Source: a virus
Reading direction: 5' to 3' (one strand)
DNA: 10,342 bases
Virus genome (UHGV): UHGV-0155330
Under the pieces are notes generated by a model, which searched no databases, had not been told where the DNA came from, and worked only from the letters and a program-made list of their open reading frames with translations. How positions within the stretch are numbered: the stretch's first letter is position 1; each line of letters starts with the position of its first letter. The position numbers were made by a program, and so were the translations under genes. Below are positions 7,869-10,342 of this stretch, one piece after another.

Positions 7869-8229
7869 GATCGCGAGATTCAGTTACAAGGCATTAGCCA
7901 CCATTTACCCCGTAACGCGTGACGACTGGACAAACTCAGACGTATACGGAACGCCATATCTTATTGATTGTGCATGGGAACGCACTGACGGAACCGCAAC
8001 AGACGCAAACGGGAATGAGGTTAGCAACACGATAACCGTATATACCGAACTGCTTCACAAGATGCAGCCAGTACAGCGCCCGGAAAAAGGGTGGATGATT
8101 GCCACTGGGGACACTACTGCTATTGCTGACCCGCTGGCGGCTGGGGCCAACTTTATAACCGGGATCGTTGAATGGGACATGAGTATATTTAACGACACGC
8201 CGGATTATAAGATCGTTACAGGGGGTTAA
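7861..8229 (+). CDS. Putative head closure / head-tail joining protein
   Basis: About 122-aa ORF. ATG 7861 lies 8 nt after GGAG (7849-7852); the ORF track's ATG 7855 is 6 nt upstream in frame. Size and position fit small head-closure proteins. Assignment is positional. Confidence 0.35.
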   Translation: MSKIARFSYKALATIYPVTRDDWTNSDVYGTPYLIDCAWERTDGTATDANGNEVSNTITVYTELLHKMQPVQRPEKGWMIATGDTTAIADPLAAGANFITGIVEWDMSIFNDTPDYKIVTGG

Positions 8230-8231
8230 TT

Positions 8232-8672
8232 ATGCCTATTAAGGGCGTCAAACGTGTCAGGGAGCGATTAAAGCAGGAGCTAAAGGAAATCACAGACAAG
8301 AAAACTTATGAGGTGTTATGGCGAGTAGGGATGCTGGCTGGTGGCTTCGCGGCGAACATGACCCCAGTTGACACGGGTTTTTTAATTAACAGTCAATTTC
8401 AGTATATAGGTAACACGGCGGAGGGTATGCAATTACGGCTGGGATATACGGCCCGTTACGCTGAATGGGTGCATGACATGCCGGGTAAATTAAAAGGCCA
8501 GCCGCGCAAACATTTCGGCAAAACCAGAGAGGGCGTCGAATTTGGCGGCGGCACTGGTAAGGGTAATTATTGGGACCCAAACGCGGAGCCGGAATTTTTG
8601 CGTAATGCATTTGAAGATCCAAACAACGCTGACGATATTTATAAAGAGATTGTAGAAGGTTACAAAACATGA
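8232..8672 (+). CDS. HK97 gp10-like neck / tail-completion protein (putative)
   Basis: 146 aa. N-terminal segment with PVDTGFLINS resembles the DTG(x)LxxS signature I associate with the HK97 gp10 family. GGGGG precedes ATG 8232. Recognition is from memory of the family pattern, not a search. Confidence 0.45.
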   Translation: MPIKGVKRVRERLKQELKEITDKKTYEVLWRVGMLAGGFAANMTPVDTGFLINSQFQYIGNTAEGMQLRLGYTARYAEWVHDMPGKLKGQPRKHFGKTREGVEFGGGTGKGNYWDPNAEPEFLRNAFEDPNNADDIYKEIVEGYKT

Positions 8673-9055
8673 AACGCAGCGAAGTATATGACGAAATAAG
8701 GGATTGGATTAAGTCCCACGGGTACGACGAAGGTTATATTTTGCAGGCCCGTTTCTGGAATGAGCGATCCAATTCTAATAACGACAGGTACATTGTCATA
8801 CAGCAAAACGGCGGTGCGGCTGGTGAAGAAGCAGTAACCCGTGACTATTTCCGCATCCTGGTTATTTCAGCGCGTAACGATGCAAATATTAGTGAAGTGG
8901 AAGATCTCGCCGACGCAATACGCCAAAGTATGATAACCGAGTATAAAACTGATAAAATTACACACATGAAACCAATTGGCGCTATTCCTGCAATGCAGAC
9001 AAGAGAAGGGCGCTTTATTTTCACCGTAGCTTTCCAAACCATCATATCTAGATAA
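8669..9055 (+). CDS. Putative tail terminator / tail completion protein
   Basis: 128-aa ORF whose start overlaps the upstream stop (ATGA at 8669-8672). Lies immediately upstream of the major tail protein gene, the usual position of the tail terminator. Confidence 0.35.
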   Translation: MKRSEVYDEIRDWIKSHGYDEGYILQARFWNERSNSNNDRYIVIQQNGGAAGEEAVTRDYFRILVISARNDANISEVEDLADAIRQSMITEYKTDKITHMKPIGAIPAMQTREGRFIFTVAFQTIISR

Positions 9056-9068
9056 GAGGTAAATAAAC

Positions 9069-9545
9069 ATGTCTCAGACTTGTGATAAAGGTTCGTTCTT
9101 AGGCCGCGACGTTGCCGTATTTTACGCTATCGCCTGCCCTAATGCGAAACCTGAAGAAAGCGCTTATAAAGCGTTAGGCATGATGCGTGGCAAATCTCTT
9201 TCCGTAGAATGGGAAACCGCAGACGCCACCGCTGACAAATCAGCAGACTACACCAAAGAATCAATGGTCACTTACAAATCTGTTTCTTTCTCAGGTGACG
9301 GCGTATCCCGTACTGAAGAAATTCATAATCAGAAGGCACTTAAACGCCACGTTATTAACCCTGGCGAAACAACTGGTGCGCAGCCTTACGTCTGGCTGAA
9401 ACTTGTTTCACCGCTCGATGTAACCGAAGGTCCGTTCCTTTGCACCTCCTTTAAAGAAGAGGATCCTCACGACGATGTATCAACCTGGTCCATTGAGTGC
9501 GAAAGCGCTGGCAAGGTCACAGTTGGCGACGTTCCTGTATTGTAA
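9069..9545 (+). CDS. Major tail (tube) protein
   Basis: 158-aa ORF with a strong SD AAGAGGT (9054-9060) and optimised codons, followed by an intrinsic terminator. Size, composition and position are typical of siphophage major tail proteins. Confidence 0.6.
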   Translation: MSQTCDKGSFLGRDVAVFYAIACPNAKPEESAYKALGMMRGKSLSVEWETADATADKSADYTKESMVTYKSVSFSGDGVSRTEEIHNQKALKRHVINPGETTGAQPYVWLKLVSPLDVTEGPFLCTSFKEEDPHDDVSTWSIECESAGKVTVGDVPVL

Positions 9546-9563
9546 CAGCAAATATTAACATCG

Positions 9564-9587
9564 GGGCCATTTGGCCCCTTTATTTTT
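9564..9587 (+). terminator. Rho-independent terminator / attenuator downstream of the major tail gene
   Basis: Stem GGGGCC (9564-9569) / GGCCCC (9574-9579), loop ATTT, followed by TTTATTTTT. The next gene starts 13 nt later, so partial read-through is implied. Confidence 0.7.
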
Positions 9588-9599
9588 AGGGTGACAACT

Positions 9600-10272
9600 A
9601 TGATTCACGTTCGAACAGGACAGTTTGCGGTTGTAGTTGATGGCAGGCGTTACGAATTTAATCCCTGCTTTGCTGCAATGGCTAAGATCGGCAGTGACAG
9701 GGAACTGGTCGAATATTTCGCAACGGTTCACGGTGGCAGATACCCACAACGTTTGCCAATGGATACAGACCTCCGCAATCGCATTCTGGCGCGTTGTTAT
9801 GGTGAACTTGTGCAAACATCCATCCACGTACTGAAATGTTGCTCAGAGTGCGAAATAGGCCCGTTATTGGGCGAATGCAGCTTTACTCCTTCGGGTAAGT
9901 TAAGACTGAAACCTGGATTGATGCCAACCTGCGACGTTATCACGCTGGCGCAACACTGTATGTATCACGGTTTAATTGGTGACGGTCCAGAAGAAGACAC
10001 GGGCACAACCCAGGATGGCGAGTACAAGCCAACATTCGACATCCTTGAGTATGTTTACTCCGCCGTTGCTCACCTGGGATTGTCTGAATCTGAAGCATGG
10101 GGCATGACAATGACCGGGTATAGGGCCGCTGTACGCGCTAAAACGCCACCAGACGAAAGAAACGAGAAAGGCAAACCAAACGTTCATATAAATAAACGTG
10201 ATTATGATGAGCAAATGGGAGCGGCTAAAAGGGTGCTGGAATTGATGAAAAAACGCGAGCAAGAAAAAGCCC
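9600..10272 (+). CDS. 3'-truncated ORF in the tail assembly chaperone position; cysteine-rich hypothetical protein
   Basis: ATG 9600 (ORF track starts at in-frame GTG 9591) preceded by AGGGTGA. Native sequence ends at 10272 where the adapter begins, so the track's stop at 10293-10295 and final residues IGRAHV are artefactual. Eight Cys including CCSEC...C. Chaperone assignment is by position only. Confidence 0.4.
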
Positions 10273-10336
10273 AGATCGGAAGAGCACACGTCTGAACTCC
10301 AGTCACCTTGTAATCTCGTATGCCGTCTTCTGCTTG
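10273..10336 (+). other. Illumina TruSeq indexed adapter (index CTTGTA) read-through; sequencing artefact, followed by poly-A (10337-10342)
   Basis: Exact match to AGATCGGAAGAGCACACGTCTGAACTCCAGTCAC + CTTGTA + ATCTCGTATGCCGTCTTCTGCTTG. Confidence 0.97.
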
Positions 10337-10342
10337 AAAAAA

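Noticed and set aside
9600-10272. Programmed -1 frameshift site in the gene after the major tail protein
   Set aside because: I found no clean XXXYYYZ slippery heptamer in the available sequence, and the run near 10263-10269 (GAAAAAG) abuts the adapter. It cannot be assessed without the downstream sequence.
9972-10289. 105-aa minus-strand ORF at the 3' end
   Set aside because: Its start region lies inside the Illumina adapter, so the ORF is partly artefactual, and it is antisense to the plus-strand gene.
1-10342. CRISPR arrays, tRNA genes, integrase/att sites, transposases, or a defence or anti-defence cassette
   Set aside because: No spaced direct repeats, no tRNA-like sequence, and no ORF left unaccounted for by the structural operon. 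The strand is continuously coding for morphogenesis-type proteins.

Overview
The window is a tightly packed, all plus-strand bacteriophage DNA-packaging and morphogenesis operon, with about 95% of it coding. Gene order is: small terminase, large terminase, portal, Mu F-like minor head protein, a 434-aa head protease/scaffold-type protein, a small capsid-associated (decoration-like) protein, major capsid protein, intrinsic terminator, four small head-tail joining proteins, major tail protein, a second intrinsic terminator, and the start of a downstream tail-assembly gene. Adjacent genes overlap or abut (ATGA and TAA-N-ATG junctions), which implies translational coupling. Gene order, sizes and E. 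coli-like codon usage suggest a T1-like enterobacterial siphophage, but this is inference and I could not run any search. The last 70 bases (10273-10342) are not biological: they are an exact Illumina TruSeq indexed adapter (index CTTGTA) plus a poly-A run, so the final ORF's stop codon and last residues are artefacts. I see no CRISPR array, tRNA, integrase, transposase or recognisable defence or anti-defence cassette. My honest reading is that this is an ordinary conserved structural module rather than a novel system. The points most worth follow-up are the adapter contamination, an in-frame internal start with a strong Shine-Dalgarno inside the 434-aa head gene (a lambda C/Nu3-like nested scaffold arrangement), an unusually cysteine-rich truncated ORF in the tail-chaperone position, and a 27-codon hydrophobic mini-ORF just upstream of the small terminase gene.
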